Assembly: GCF_009914755.1 (NCBI RefSeq)
Contig: NC_060936.1
DNA from: the human T2T-CHM13v2.0 reference genome, Homo sapiens
Direction: 5' to 3' (one strand)
DNA: 64,000 nt
The notes under the pieces are model-generated. The model worked only from the letters and a program-made list of their open reading frames with translations. It was not told the DNA's origin and made no database searches. Shown here in pieces: positions 49,411-63,025 of this stretch; within the stretch, counting starts at the first letter, position 1; each line of letters begins with the position of its first letter. Both the position numbers and the translations under genes were made by a program.

Positions 49411-51041
49411 TAGTTTGGGATTTTTTGTTGTTTTTTTAATGGTAGTAGTTTCCAGGCAGGTTTTTAAAGGCTATCAAGACAGGTGGTCAATCCAATCATG
49501 AATCCAAGGATTCCATACTTGTAAGCAGAGTACTAAAAGGAGTACTTAAGTAGGCAGAGAGCTATGATTTTCCTTAACTTAGGCAATTACCACCTGAGCA
49601 CATGACATTAAGGCCCCCAAAGCATAGTTTGAGTGTGGAAAATTCCTTAAACAGGAGTCATTTACCAAGACCATAGAAAAATCTGGGAAGTATATGAATT
49701 GTGATGAAAATATTCTGGAAGTAGTGGTGATAGTTGCACAGGTTTTTGAATATACTGAAAACCACTGAATTGTACACTTTAAAAGGGTGAATTTTATGCT
49801 ATGGAAATTAACATCTCAATAATAAAAGAATTACCACTTAATATTTGTTTTAGAATTAATATAGCTTGCTAGTGACCCTGCTAGAGTTGCAAAATGTCTG
49901 AGTAACCAACCACTTTGAGTAGTCAACCATATTGATACCAGTGTTTGAATTTGTTCACTCAGCAAATATTTATTGAATTCCATTATGTGCCTGGCACTGT
50001 GAATATAGCATTGAACAAAACAAAGTCCCTGCCCTCAACAGTTTATGGTTTAGTGGTGGGAGGTGGTAATATAATGTGATAATAGGCATGATAGATGCCA
50101 TCCATGAAGAAAAGGGGGAAGACAGTATGTGCAATATTATATAGAGTAGCCTCTCTGAGGAGGCGAATTCTGGAAGATACCAGAATTAGTGTACAACTCA
50201 GTTGAGTATCTGGGGAAAAGCATCCCAGTTTGAGGGAACAGCAAGTACAAAGGCCCTGTGGCAGAAGCATGCTTGGTGTGTTCAAGGCACAGCAAAAAGG
50301 CCAGAGCAGATTGAGTTAAGGGACGAATGACAGAAAGTTAGGTTAAAATGGCGGCCATAGAGAGCCTGTTAAGTGATGGTGAAGAACATGATAGAAAGTA
50401 TTTGGAACATTATTGTGTAATTTAGAAATGTTAAATGTTGTAATTACTTTTTACAAAAAATTAGTTGCTCTTAATACATTATTTCTTATAGCTGTTACAT
50501 ACAAACTGTCTCAACAACCTCGTATATTTCAGACAAAACTATATCATCTGGATAATGGAGATTACTTTTTGTTGTCTATAAGAGAGGGAGTAACATCCAG
50601 TAGTAGTGTTCATTACCATGTTTTTCATGCCTTATGAAACATCCTATTTTAATCCTTATTGTTAAGCCCTATTTTTCTTTTCCTTTTCCACGTGCCTAAT
50701 TGTGAAGGAAACCTCCCTCTCTCCCATCACTCCTTAGTTCCTTCTCTGAGTCCCAAGTGGCATTGATTGTGATTTTTCTTTTAATTACAAGTAGAGCTTG
50801 TTACCTATATGTAGAAGGAAAGCTAAACATTTTGATATAAAATTAGAAATAATTCACCAAAATAACTGTAGGTAAAGTAAGAAGAGCTCAGACATTCGAT
50901 TCATAATAATACCATAAGGGAAACACACTACTTTGCTGTAGTTCACCAAAATAGCTGTAAAGGTCACTGTTAACTATTTAACTTTCTCTTAAGAACTTGT
51001 TTTTCCCTGTTTATTAGTACATAATTAAAAATTCTTATTCA

Positions 51042-51335
<294 letters not shown>

Positions 51336-51743
51336 AGAAGAAAATTCTTACTCAATTATTTGCTTTGGTTGTTGACTAATATAAAAGTATTTGGCATGTT
51401 AGCCATAGCTTTCGTATACCTATTTGGACACCTCAATATGAGTTAGAGACTGCCTTCTTCCACACACTGTTTTAATATCTAATAGAAAGAAATATTACAT
51501 AACCTGGGAGATTCAGAAACTTATGTTGAAACAAGCTTTGAATATTAATTTCGTTGAAGGTTTATATGAAACCAAAAGTACTACAATAGTAATAGAAAGC
51601 TCATCTTCTGTTTATTAATTATAGATAAATTTGAGTTGTTGGTATAGAAAGGTCTCAGTTAATGAGTTCTCTCACCAATATTAGCTGTATTGTAATATTT
51701 TCCTCCTGTGTGATTATACTAATATATTTCTTTTTATTGAAAG

Positions 51744-51808
51744 CTTGCAAATACAGAAGAATACATAGATGGAGCTTTGTCTGGACATCTGGGTGAAGTT
51801 TTAATAAG
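51744..51808 (+). CDS. SNRPF: SNRPF exon 3 (LANTEEYIDGALSGHLGEVLI-R, 65 nt)
   Basis: ttgaaag|CTT...ATAAG|gtaac; AAG acceptor, phase-2 donor. Confidence 0.97.
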
Positions 51809-52356
51809 GTAACAAACAGCAGTAGTATATGTAAGGAGTTACTGGTGAGCATTAGGAATACCTGTTCTAAATATATTAGTGCCTCAATTTTGGAATTACT
51901 TTTTTTTAAAAAATCACTATTATAATACTTTACAGTTAGACTTCAGAAGTCTTTGAAATTGTTAAACTTGTCAAAGGTAAGTTTTCAAATGTTTTGGAAC
52001 TGGCCAAAAGATTTTTCTAGTGTTGATGTTTAATTTTCTAGCTCTTAGCTATAATCTTTTGCAGTGGCAACCTTTTGCAGTGGCCTTTGTTGCGGGAACT
52101 TAGTTTTGAATTTTAGTTGGGTCTGGCTGTTTTGTTATATTGATTTTCTGTACTAGCTTCAAAGCTCCAAATTCTGGTAATTATTTCCTTTGGAAAATCA
52201 TAAAGATGTCATTTTATAACAACCATATGGTGGAAAATAAGTGCCATGTGCTTTTCAACAAATCTATGTGAAACTTTTTTTTAAAATGAATATATTTAAA
52301 AAATTTTTTTAAAGACAAGAATATTATAAATATAGTATTCAGTATTTTCATAATAA

Positions 52357-52491
<135 letters not shown>

Positions 52492-52531
52492 CATCTTTTG
52501 TGGGGGATTTTTTTTATATATATTTCTAGAC

Positions 52532-52537
52532 AATAAA
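52532..52537 (+). terminator. SNRPF: SNRPF proximal polyadenylation signal AATAAA
   Basis: AATAAA 40 nt after the stop, followed by T/GT-rich sequence; further AATAAA at 52908, 53100 and 53472. Confidence 0.8.
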
Positions 52538-53490
52538 GATTTGTTTGTTTTTCAACTTGACTTGTGAACTATTTGTATTCAGATATTTACAAGCAAAGCT
52601 GAAATGATGAACCAATTGGGAAAGATTACTCACCGAACTAATGCTTTAAAAGCCACTGAATTTCATTTAAGTTGCTTTTCTTTTGTAAGCCCAATATTCT
52701 TTTTTTTCCCATAAAGGATAATTATTTATATGCTTTAGATATTTTTATGAAGGTGAATTTCAGACCTTTTCTTGTAAAATTATCTATTAGCTGAGACCTT
52801 TTAAATGCAACTTTTTCTTTTAAAGTTATTTTTGAGCTACTTTTAACGTATAAAATTAAACATTTTCTTGGTATTAATAATATACTGTCTTATTTTACTT
52901 AGTAGTCAATAAATTACATGTTAATTCTGTGTCAATATAAGCTAAATGCACATATTGTAGCTAAAATTGAAGCATCTTCTAAAAATTAAAATGATTGTAC
53001 AGACAGGGCACAACAGAAATTGGGAACTGACATTCAGGCTGAAGGCATACGGTTTGTTCACTGAAGAGAAAAAAGTTCTCTGAACAAAATGTAATGTCAA
53101 ATAAAAACCAGTCTCACCATTATGTTCTGAGACATAACCTCGAGGTTGAGTTTTAAGCCCCTCAAAACCCTTCAGGTATTTTAGGGTTGTACATTGTTAA
53201 AATGTATAGTCCATAGTAATAACAGTATGCTATGAACTTCCCTACAGATGGGTTGAGAAAATACATCATTTACATTCTCATGTTGTAAGAGAATGGCCAT
53301 TATTACACTTCAGTGTTCATTTACCATAGTTTTATCAGTAAACTATCTTTGTGTATCCCCAAGTGGGACAACTCAAAGTATAGAAGAAAGTGTTTAGCTA
53401 TATGGAATAATACTTATGATATGAATACTTAAAGACTTAAAATTTACAAAATACACCTAAGACATTCTGGTAATAAAATGTCTTACTGCT

Positions 53491-53496
53491 TTTATT
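53491..53496 (-). terminator. CCDC38: CCDC38 polyadenylation signal overlapping the stop codon (TGAATAAA)
   Basis: Plus-strand tttattca = minus-strand TGAATAAA. Confidence 0.7.
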
Positions 53497-53609
53497 CAAG
53501 TAAAAAAATATTCTTCCTCTTGTGATTTTGTTTTTGTTTCATTGACTAAAGGTAGCTGCTGTTTGTTACCAGATGGAGGTTTTGAATGAAAGACAAGTCG
53601 TCTTCCCAA
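53496..53609 (-). CDS. CCDC38: CCDC38 last exon coding part (LGRRLVFHSKPPSGNKQQLPLVNETKTKSQEEEYFFT*)
   Basis: Minus strand tttcag|TTG...ACT TGA; C-terminal EEEYFFT as in the CCDC38/CFAP100 family. Confidence 0.92.
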   Translation of the reverse strand: MGRRLVFHSKPPSGNKQQLPLVNETKTKSQEEEYFFT

Positions 53610-55899
53610 CTGAAACAAAAGAAAAACAAAATACTTAATATTTTTTGAGCATAGCCATTTTCTATTGAAATTTGTGAAATACCAATATTAACTTGATTTT
53701 TACAAGGAATAATATGGTTTGTAACATTAACTAATCACAGTTAAAAGGGACTTATAACCTAACGGATGTCTAACATGCTAGGCAAAGTTGAGTAGCAAAC
53801 TGGACACCAATAACTATGCAGAAGGAACAGCAGTTAGGTTTTATTGGGAAGTGGGAAAACTTAGGTAAAGTCATCAAATAGTATATGGTTCAAATGTGGT
53901 CAGCCTAGAAAAGCACCATGTTGAAGGCCACCATTTTATTTCTCAGTAAGTGCCATAGCCAGTTTTTCGTCCATGGTTGGAAGAGATGGCTTTCTCCTGT
54001 TGAGCACCTGACTAGCATTTAGAAATCTTGTTAAATAAAAAGTCCAGAAAACCATGTACCATCTTGAATACTGGTTGGCTTCTGGAGGTGTTCCCAACAG
54101 AAGAGGCTTTGGGAAACCCCGAGTTCATACCTATTCATTCTCTCTGGGTCATATATACTCAAATATATTACTACTTATTTTTCTCTTTACTTTTGGGATT
54201 CCCTCCTCCGCTTTTTATTTTGTTTTGCTTTTATAGCTGAATTTGTATACATTAAATGTATAAGTGGGGAAACTACCATAATTCTATGAGATTTGATGGG
54301 ACATTGCCACTGTGTTCAAAAGGCACTATTGACATTGTAGGACAATTCTTATGTGAGATTGTCCCCTGCATTGCAGGCCTGAGAGAACCTGAATAACAAT
54401 AGCACTTTTCCCCATCATTGTAACAACAAAAATATCCTTGGGGGACTAGAATTTTTGAATTCCTTCTGCAATATCGGAATTTTTAACTGTCAAAGATCTT
54501 TGGTAACATTTGTTATTAATAGTGTCTGAGAAAATTAGCAATGATGAAGTGTCCTAACTGGGTCAGCTTCTATCAGAGGTCTTTGTGTGTTGTTGATTTA
54601 TCAGATAACCATTTTTTCCCCCAATTTTTTCCAGTTTTAGTTTTTATGCTCATTTTTAGTCTGTTAATTCACTACACATCAAGTATCCATGATGTGCCAG
54701 GTATTAGGAATACAAACGTCATAAAACTCATGGTCTAGAAGGAAAGGTGAATATATTAAAAAATAATAATTTCAATTTGGTGGGTTTGCTAAGTAGTCCA
54801 TGTGGAAGGGTGATGAATGGTTAATTCTTGGGAGGAGAGGACAGGTGAGGAAAGTCTTCATGGAAAGAATTGAACTAGATAAATACCTTTTTTAAGATGA
54901 AGTATTTATTTCAATAAAATATTTTGAAGTAATCGTTTTTTTGTCATGGCACATATTAATTCCCATACTTCAGAATTGTTTTCAAGTTCTTACCTCTTGA
55001 GGTTAGTTGTAAGGCACACAGTAAGCATTCGTTATGTGTTAGCTATCACTGTGGTAAGAATCAGCATCCGCAATAGCTTTGCAGATAACCATGAAATTGT
55101 CTTTCTGGAACATATTTCAGATGCTATCCCAGAGGAGGGAAAGAGTGGCATATAGAAACAAACTCCTTACCCTGTGTAGAATTGATGGACCACATGTACC
55201 TGACTACCTAATCCCAAACTTCTGATTGGACAGGTAGTCTTGCAAAATAAAGAACTTTGGCTTCTGGTCCTGATTGTGCTGCTAAGTCAAAGTGACTCTG
55301 GGCAAATCATCTTAACTCCAACTGTCAATCTCATTGTCTTTACAATGTGGGGATTGTACACAGTCCCCACAGTTACATGCGATTCTCTGGGTTCACATCT
55401 CCAAAACATTACTGAGTGAAAGAAGCCAAGTTCCTAGTTATCATTAGTAAGAAAAAGAATATGTACATAAATACATATTTGTGTATGTATATTTCCAGAG
55501 GGATGCAAATGAACCTGTTAACAGTGGTTGCCTTCAGGAAGGGGAACTGAGGAAGACTGACTTTATACTGAATACTCTTGTATCTTTTGAACTTTGAACA
55601 ATATGCTTTTAATCTATTCCAAAAAACAAGAAAAAAATTATCTGATTTTAATGAACCTAGGTCTAAAAAGAGGAGAGAAGAGGCTTCTTTTACTAAAATG
55701 TGTGTCTAATTGAGAACTGGAGAGCCACTAATTTGAATTATTCTAAAAGTAACAAGGAACCAGAGACCAATTGTAGCTGTGAGCAAGAAAGATTATCTTT
55801 CTGAAGTTCAACCTGGATAAGTTAGACGAATAAAGTATTTTGTTTTTGTATTTTGTATCACATATTGATATGGCTGGATCTATTAATAGCAAAACAAAC

Positions 55900-55993
55900 C
55901 TTTTTCTTTGGTTGTGCTACTGCTTTTTCCAGAGCAGCTTTTAGCCTTTCCTGTTGGTGTCTTTGTTTTTCTTTCATTTTCTCATCACGAAAC
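55900..55993 (-). CDS. CCDC38: CCDC38 penultimate exon (K-FRDEKMKEKQRHQQERLKAALEKAVAQPKKK, 94 nt)
   Basis: Minus strand gacag|G TTT...AAG|gtttgt; open frame, phases match both neighbouring exons. Confidence 0.92.
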
Positions 55994-56134
55994 CTGTCAC
56001 AAGAAGGGAGAAACATTCTTGTAACTATAAATCACATTGAGTAAGAAAAGTACATTACTATTTGTTAATGAGCCATGTAAATAGAAGACCTCCTTTAAAG
56101 GTAAATGAAAATGACACTTCATCTTTACTCATAA

Positions 56135-56500
<366 letters not shown>

Positions 56501-57606
56501 AACATTTCAGCACTTTACAGATAGTTTGTATAATAGCTACTTGAATTAACTTTCAGCTACTTGTTCCTCTTTTTAAAACTTTTAATTGAAATGTCACATA
56601 CATACAGAAAAGTACACAAATAAATGCATAGCTTAGTGAGCTGCCACAAAAGTGTACCTTCCAGTTAATCTTTTTGAATAATATCCTCAAATTGTGAGCA
56701 AGAAATGCTATTTGTCATACTCTCTTTAGGGTTGTTTTGAGGGAAAAATTAAGTAATCTGTGCAACTTATCAAGTACAAGGTGGTGAGCAATAGGCACTA
56801 AATATGTGATAGCTATTTTATGGACCTATTTAATGATATTCTAAGTGTAAGGTTATATACTAGGGAATGGAAATAACATGTACTGAGCATTTTTATTGCA
56901 AAATTAGGTGCCGTGTTAGGTGCCCCAAACCATGGGGAAAATCAGCTAAAATTCTTTTTAAGAAGAATGTAAGTAATTGGAATTACATTCATGTATCACT
57001 GCTAAAAATGAGTTGTAATTACACTTTGGTGCAAATATATTTGCTAGTGTAAAAAAGATGGAAGTGCTGTTAGTGTAGTCATAATGAGGTCATCTTAGGG
57101 AAGGAGTAACTTTTCATTTATAGTTTTTTTTAAAGCTTGCTTTATGTTCAATAAGATCCCATCAGGATCACCATAATATAGTCTGGACATCATTTTTACT
57201 GTGGGTAAGCATATCCACCCTACATCCATAAAGTAGTAGGCAATAACAAAATATCTAACACTACTGGCTAATATTTGAGTACTTACTATGCGCCAAGCAT
57301 GCTCTCATAATTTACTTGGATCATCTAATTTAATCCTCACAACAACCTGTATTTATCAGTATTACTCCCGTTTTACGGATAAAGAAACCGACTAGAGTGC
57401 TTATGTTGCCTAAGGTCACAAAGTCATAAATAGTTGAACTGAACTCACTCAGCATGGTCTAATCCCCAGGCTGGTAGCCTGAGTACTAGTCTGCCTCTCA
57501 ACATGTTTTTTGCCATTACGTGAACATTATCCCACTTGTAAACATTCCCTACATGCCACAGTAAGCTAGGGGTCATATTTACAATAATCATTGCCTCAAA
57601 CTAGGA

Positions 57607-57905
57607 CAGTAGGCCCTCCATATTCACAGTTCCACATCTGGGCATTCAACCAACTGCAGATTGAAAATATTTGGAGAAAAGCCCCAACAATAAAAATAAT
57701 ACAAATTTTAAGAAATACAGTATGACAACTCTAGCATTTACACTATATTAGGTATAAGTAGTTGAGAAATGATTTAAAGTATACAGGAGGATGTACGTAG
57801 GTTATATGCAAATATGCCGTCTTATATGAGACATGAGCATCTGCAGATTTTGGTATCCTTGGGAGGTCCTGGAACCAATCCCCTACAGATACCAAGGGAC
57901 AACTG
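57607..57905. mobile_element. MER2-like (Tigger-derived) MITE
   Basis: cagtaggccctcc...gagggacaactg-type terminal inverted repeats; ggaggatgtacgtaggttatatgcaaata motif. Confidence 0.8.
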
Positions 57906-57974
57906 TTTGTACTTAAAAGTTCTTATTTAACTTGGTATGGAAATTTGTAAGTGAACGCATTCTGAAAGGCCCCG

Positions 57975-58013
57975 GTCAGGCCATACCGCCCTCAATGCAC
58001 AGATCTCCTTTGA
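57975..58013 (+). pseudogene. Probable 5S rRNA 5'-end fragment (about nt 1-42)
   Basis: GGCCATACCGCCCTCAATGCACAGATCTCCTTTGA vs 5S GGCCATACCACCCTGAACGCGCCCGATCTCGTCTGA (about 28/36); imperfect flanking repeat tgaaaggcccc / tgaagggcacc. Confidence 0.55.
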
Positions 58014-58694
58014 AGGGCACCAAGCTATGTAAGCATGTGGGGGATGGGTTGGGGCTCCAGGGATGATAATCCTCATGAGGTTGTCTTGAGGAATAAATGA
58101 GTGAATGTTGAGGAATAAATCAGTGAATGTTGTGTACATGTTGGCAGTTATACACTGCGGAAAACCCTCATTGTGTTGCTCATACTTTCAAACAATTCCT
58201 TCATTAGGAATTTGGAGCCCTTCATGGGAGAACCACAGGTAGATTGAGTCTGCTTGAAGTTTTCCCATGACAGGCTCCTAATTCTATATCTTGGGTCCTT
58301 CACCACCAGTGCAATTCTCCTTCCCCATGATAGCTATTCAAAAATTTTCATGTAATTACTTATTCATAAATTTCATATAATTACAAAGATTTGCTTTTCC
58401 AGGCTAGTTTGTCCATCCCAAACTAGGTCAGTTGCCCCTGGTGAACTCTGTTCACCCAGTTCCTTCCTTCGTGGTGCTCATTACCATTGGTAATGACACA
58501 TTTATTTCCTAAGAGTATTTGATGAATGATCTCCCATGCTAAATAATAGCTATATGAGGAGAGCAGGGCTGGATTTCATTCCTCCTCACTGTGTCCCTAT
58601 AATATGACATTACACAAGAGACTTGCTAATGTGTTTGTGGAATCTGAGCAAAACCAGCTACTCATTAAGTCATTCTTATCCTTATTGACTGTAC

Positions 58695-58900
58695 TTCTGC
58701 CGCCATTCTTTCTGTTTCATCCTCTCAATTGCCTCCACATTTTCTTTGGGAATGGATTCGATGAGGTCACACAGTTCTACCAGGCGAGATTCTACTTTTA
58801 CCAGCTTTTGAATTGGGTTGAGGCCGTCATCCTCAGCATCTCCAATGCAGACTTTGTATACTTGAGTAATCTTTTTACTAAGTGAGTCTATCAGTATTTC
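58695..58900 (-). CDS. CCDC38: CCDC38 third-to-last coding exon (EILIDSLSKK...MKQKEWRQ-K, 206 nt)
   Basis: Minus strand tctcag|GAA...CAGAA|gtacag; overlaps ORF 58682..58960; coiled-coil composition; phase joins the next exon. Confidence 0.92.
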
Positions 58901-58978
58901 CTGAGATTGAGAAGAGCAGAAAACATTAACATCACATTCCACATTCAATAAATATACCATTTTACTATATTACAGTAA

Positions 58979-59315
<337 letters not shown>

Positions 59316-59926
59316 TGAGAAGTTTTAATAAATCATTGAGAAAATGCAGCAGTGATATTTAACCTATATTATAATTTATAGTCAGAGCATTACTATAGAA
59401 CACCTTGGATTATTTTCTTAAAATATACTGAACTCTAGATATGAAAAGTAATTATAATGGGTGGAATATTTTTTGCTTGAATGTTTTTGTATATCTGACT
59501 CCCTAAGAATTCAAATACAGGCAACAAACATTTTAAATCGTTTTTTTGCCACTCGGATGCATTTCCTTTTGGCACAATATGTAACCCAGCCCCCCTCCTT
59601 TTTTGCATGTATTACTCTGTTATAATTGCGAAACTATAATCATCCTATGTAATAGTTCTCTGCCTTATCCTTATAGTCCAGGAGAGCAGGAGCTACATCT
59701 TATGCTTAAACTTACAACTAAAACAGTGCTTTGCACATAACTACGCACTGAATAAATGTTTGCTGAATAAATGACTAAATGCATTCTCAGAAAAAAAAGT
59801 TGCAAGCAAACAGGTACCCAGGCTGGCCTACCAAAGCCTTTTTAGAAGTATCATTTTCACTGTTTTCGTTGGGAAGCCATTGCAGTATTCTAGTCTAAAC
59901 AAAAGCTTAGGCCAAACCTTGCTGAT

Positions 59927-60264
59927 CCCTGTACCTCGACACTGTGCCGTTTAACTGTTGGTGGAGATTCTTGAGGTGGTAGGTAACTTGTCTCAGGACC
60001 GTAAGAAAATTGTCATCCTCTGTCTCCATTGTGAACCCGGTGTTTGCAATTAAGAAGAGCTCAACAAACTGCTGGGCAATGTGAATCACTCTTCAGGTAG
60101 CATTCTGCCCCATTTCCTGCTTCCACTCAAGAAGATGAGAATCACCATAAAGCCAGCGACAAATAACACTCAAGAGAGAGGTGGCTCCTGGAGCCATGGG
60201 AAGCCCCTCCTGGAACCACAAACACCTTACAGAGCCACCAACACAATTACAAGCCAAGATCTGA
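59927..60264 (+). pseudogene. Degenerate histone H2A gene copy (C-terminal two-thirds plus 3' stem-loop/HDE remnants)
   Basis: Translation ..YLDTV../LLVEILEVVGNLSQDRKK....[38 protein letters not shown] aligns by eye with H2A [28 protein letters not shown]....[42 protein letters not shown]. Internal stop at 60051, frameshifts, terminal TAA at 60164-60166. Confidence 0.85.
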
Positions 60265-62469
60265 TACCAAGAGTACTTCCAACAGCTTTTCTCTTCCACC
60301 TCCTAGCTTAAAAAGCTTTCTGATGGTCCTGTTTAGCATAAAGCTCCTTTTTACCTTCATAAGGTAACACTTATTATATTTCCTATTTACATGAATGACA
60401 TGATCCTTTTAGAAAACTTGGAGAAATACATAATAATATAAAAGAAAACAGCAAAAGTCCTATATTGGCCATAAATTTCCCTTTTCCCCTCTCTCTAAAA
60501 TAACACTTACTGTGTTTCCTATTTATGTAACAACACATTCTTTTTCTAAACCTTGGAGACACAGAAAAATATAAAAGAAAATAAAAGTAACCCATCGGAT
60601 TGAAATATTGTAAATTGCATATGAAAACAACACTGCTGCAATGTGAGTCACTAAATAAAGCACAGAAAAATACTTTAAAAATATATTCACCACAGGTTTT
60701 GAGGAAAAACAACTTTAAGATGAGAGTGGTTGCTAGTTGATGGAAATTTCTGAAGGAGACCTCTTGAACACTTAGATGGCTTTAGAGATGGATGAGCAGG
60801 GCAGTGGCTTTTTACGATGTCTTTTCTACACCACCACCCCCTCCCCCTTTTTTTCTTAAATTCCCTCTTCTGAGAGGAGAGAAAATGGCGAGAAGAGATA
60901 TTTTCTTAATATAACAAGGTAAGAACAAGAGATAGAGAAGAATGAGATGAATGAAGGTAATTCACATATGAAAAAGGGATTGAGAGCCTGGCCTGACAAA
61001 GCAAAAAGTCAAAAGGGAGCACAAGGCACAGGCCAATTGATGACAGGGAAGGGACGTTTCAGCCCCATCCCTGGAACTGCCCCCAGATGGCAGGCCCAGC
61101 CCACAGTACCTCGGAGGAGGAGCTGCCAAGGGAGTCTGCCCAGGTGAATGGGACAGGAATTATGGAAGACTGATCAGAGAACTTCAGGTGCCTTTCAACA
61201 GTGAACGGGAAGTGATATGACCAGAGCAGTGTTTTAGGAGGAATCATTGTATCAAAACGGGAGAGGGGAAAGGTTGCCGGGGTGGATATCTAGATGTCAT
61301 TGAAAGTCTTTTCAAACTCAAGGGTTCTGTCATTCTAATCCATGTGACATTCTGCTGTGTGTTGACTGTACACAGTTCTCTCAATTGCAGCTGATCTTCT
61401 CCTTGTGCAAAGAAAACAATAAAACCAGAGATAAACACATTCCTCACATTGAACAGTGGAGCAGTTTATGTTCCATTTCATGTTCAATGAAGAAGTAACA
61501 ACTGCTACACTAAACAACATGGATGAGTCTCACAAACACAGTATTGAGGGAAAGAAGCCAGACATGTTACATGATTCCATTCCAACAGAGTTCGAAAACA
61601 GGAAAGCTGATTGATGGCATGAGACGTCAGGACAGTGGGAAAGAGGGCTGGTAAAGCCTGGAAGCAGGTGTGAGGGAGGTTTGCAGGGGCTGATAATGGT
61701 GTATTCCCTGATCTGGGGGGTAGCACACGGGTGTGTTTGCTTTGAGAAAATTTCTTGAGAGGTACACTTGTGATTTGTGCACTTCTCAACATTACATTAT
61801 ACTTGAACTTAAAATGTTATTTTAAAAGTGAAATACTGGATCAAGGGCAAAATTTTTAGGGGATTAAGTATCATTAAGAGTGTGGAAGTTTTGAAAGACT
61901 AAAATTCATTTCATACTGATAGCTCCAGAGTAACATAATTTATGAATATCACAATCAAATATGTCAATTATACCTCAATAACGCTGGAAAAGAATCTTTT
62001 AAAAAATGAGCTGCAGCTAAATTTACTCAAAGGATTATGTTTTGTATATTCTGAGAGCTGAAGAAATGGAGGTAGAGAAGGAAAAAATCCTAAGAATACG
62101 TTTCCCTCCCAATTTTCCTGCTTCACCTCCCCTTCCCCACCCCACATTTCACATCTCTAGAAGACACTATGGATTATTAGTCCCATTTCCGCAGAGTGCA
62201 ATACATGAATGCCAAATTTACACTTGTGATCAAAATTTCATGGATAGCCATTTAAAAAGGAATTTTACGTCAATTCTACTTTCTTTCTTTAGGTATCTGG
62301 TTGCCTCAATGTTAAAGAGTATCAAAAATGCCGCTTTTATTTTTTAATAGTTGCCCCAAACTTGGATGAAAGGGGCTTGGTTGGGATGGGGCAGGGAGGA
62401 GGGGAGATATCACAGATATTTATCAGACATTTTGCATGTCAATTGGTTTCAGAATTATTTTAAACAGTT

Positions 62470-63025
62470 GAAGTGTGGAAACCACTCAAGTGTCCATCAA
62501 CAGATGAATGAATAAACAATATATGGTATAAACATACAATGGAATATTATCTAGCTGTAAAAATAATGCAGTCCTGATACAAGCTGCAACATGGATGAAC
62601 TTTGAAAACATTATGCTAAATGAAATAAGCCAGACACAAAAGGACCAATATTGTATGATTCTTCTTTTGTGACGTACCTAGAATAGTCAAATTCAGAGAG
62701 ACGAAGTAAAATGGTGGTTGCCAAGGGCTAGGAGAGGGAGGGATGGAAAGTTATTGTTTAATGGGTATAGAATTTCAGCTTTGCAAGATGAAGAGTTTTG
62801 GAGATTGCAAAACAACATGAATGTACTTAACACTACTGACCCGTACATTTAAAAATGGTTAAGATGTTACATTTTTATGTTGAAAAGATGATGAAAAAGT
62901 TGTGGAAATAGTGGTGATGGTTCCACAACATTGAGAATGTACTTAATGCCATTGAATGACACGCTTAAAATAGCTAACAGGTAAATTTGGTTATGTATAT
63001 TGTACCACAGTTTTAAAAAAAATGG
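62470..63025 (+). mobile_element. L1MB-type 3' end(s)
   Basis: caagtgtccatcaacagatgaatg...acatggatgaactttgaaaacattatgctaa motifs. Confidence 0.82.

Noticed and set aside
52492-52560. Sm-site-like U-rich runs in the SNRPF 3'UTR (possible autoregulation)
   Set aside because: Indistinguishable from ordinary U/GU-rich polyadenylation elements; no clear flanking stem-loops.
59800-59926. Possible N-terminal part of the H2A relic (gcaagcaa, gctggccta, ttcgttggg)
   Set aside because: Matches are too short and inconsistently spaced to support by eye, so it was left outside the feature.
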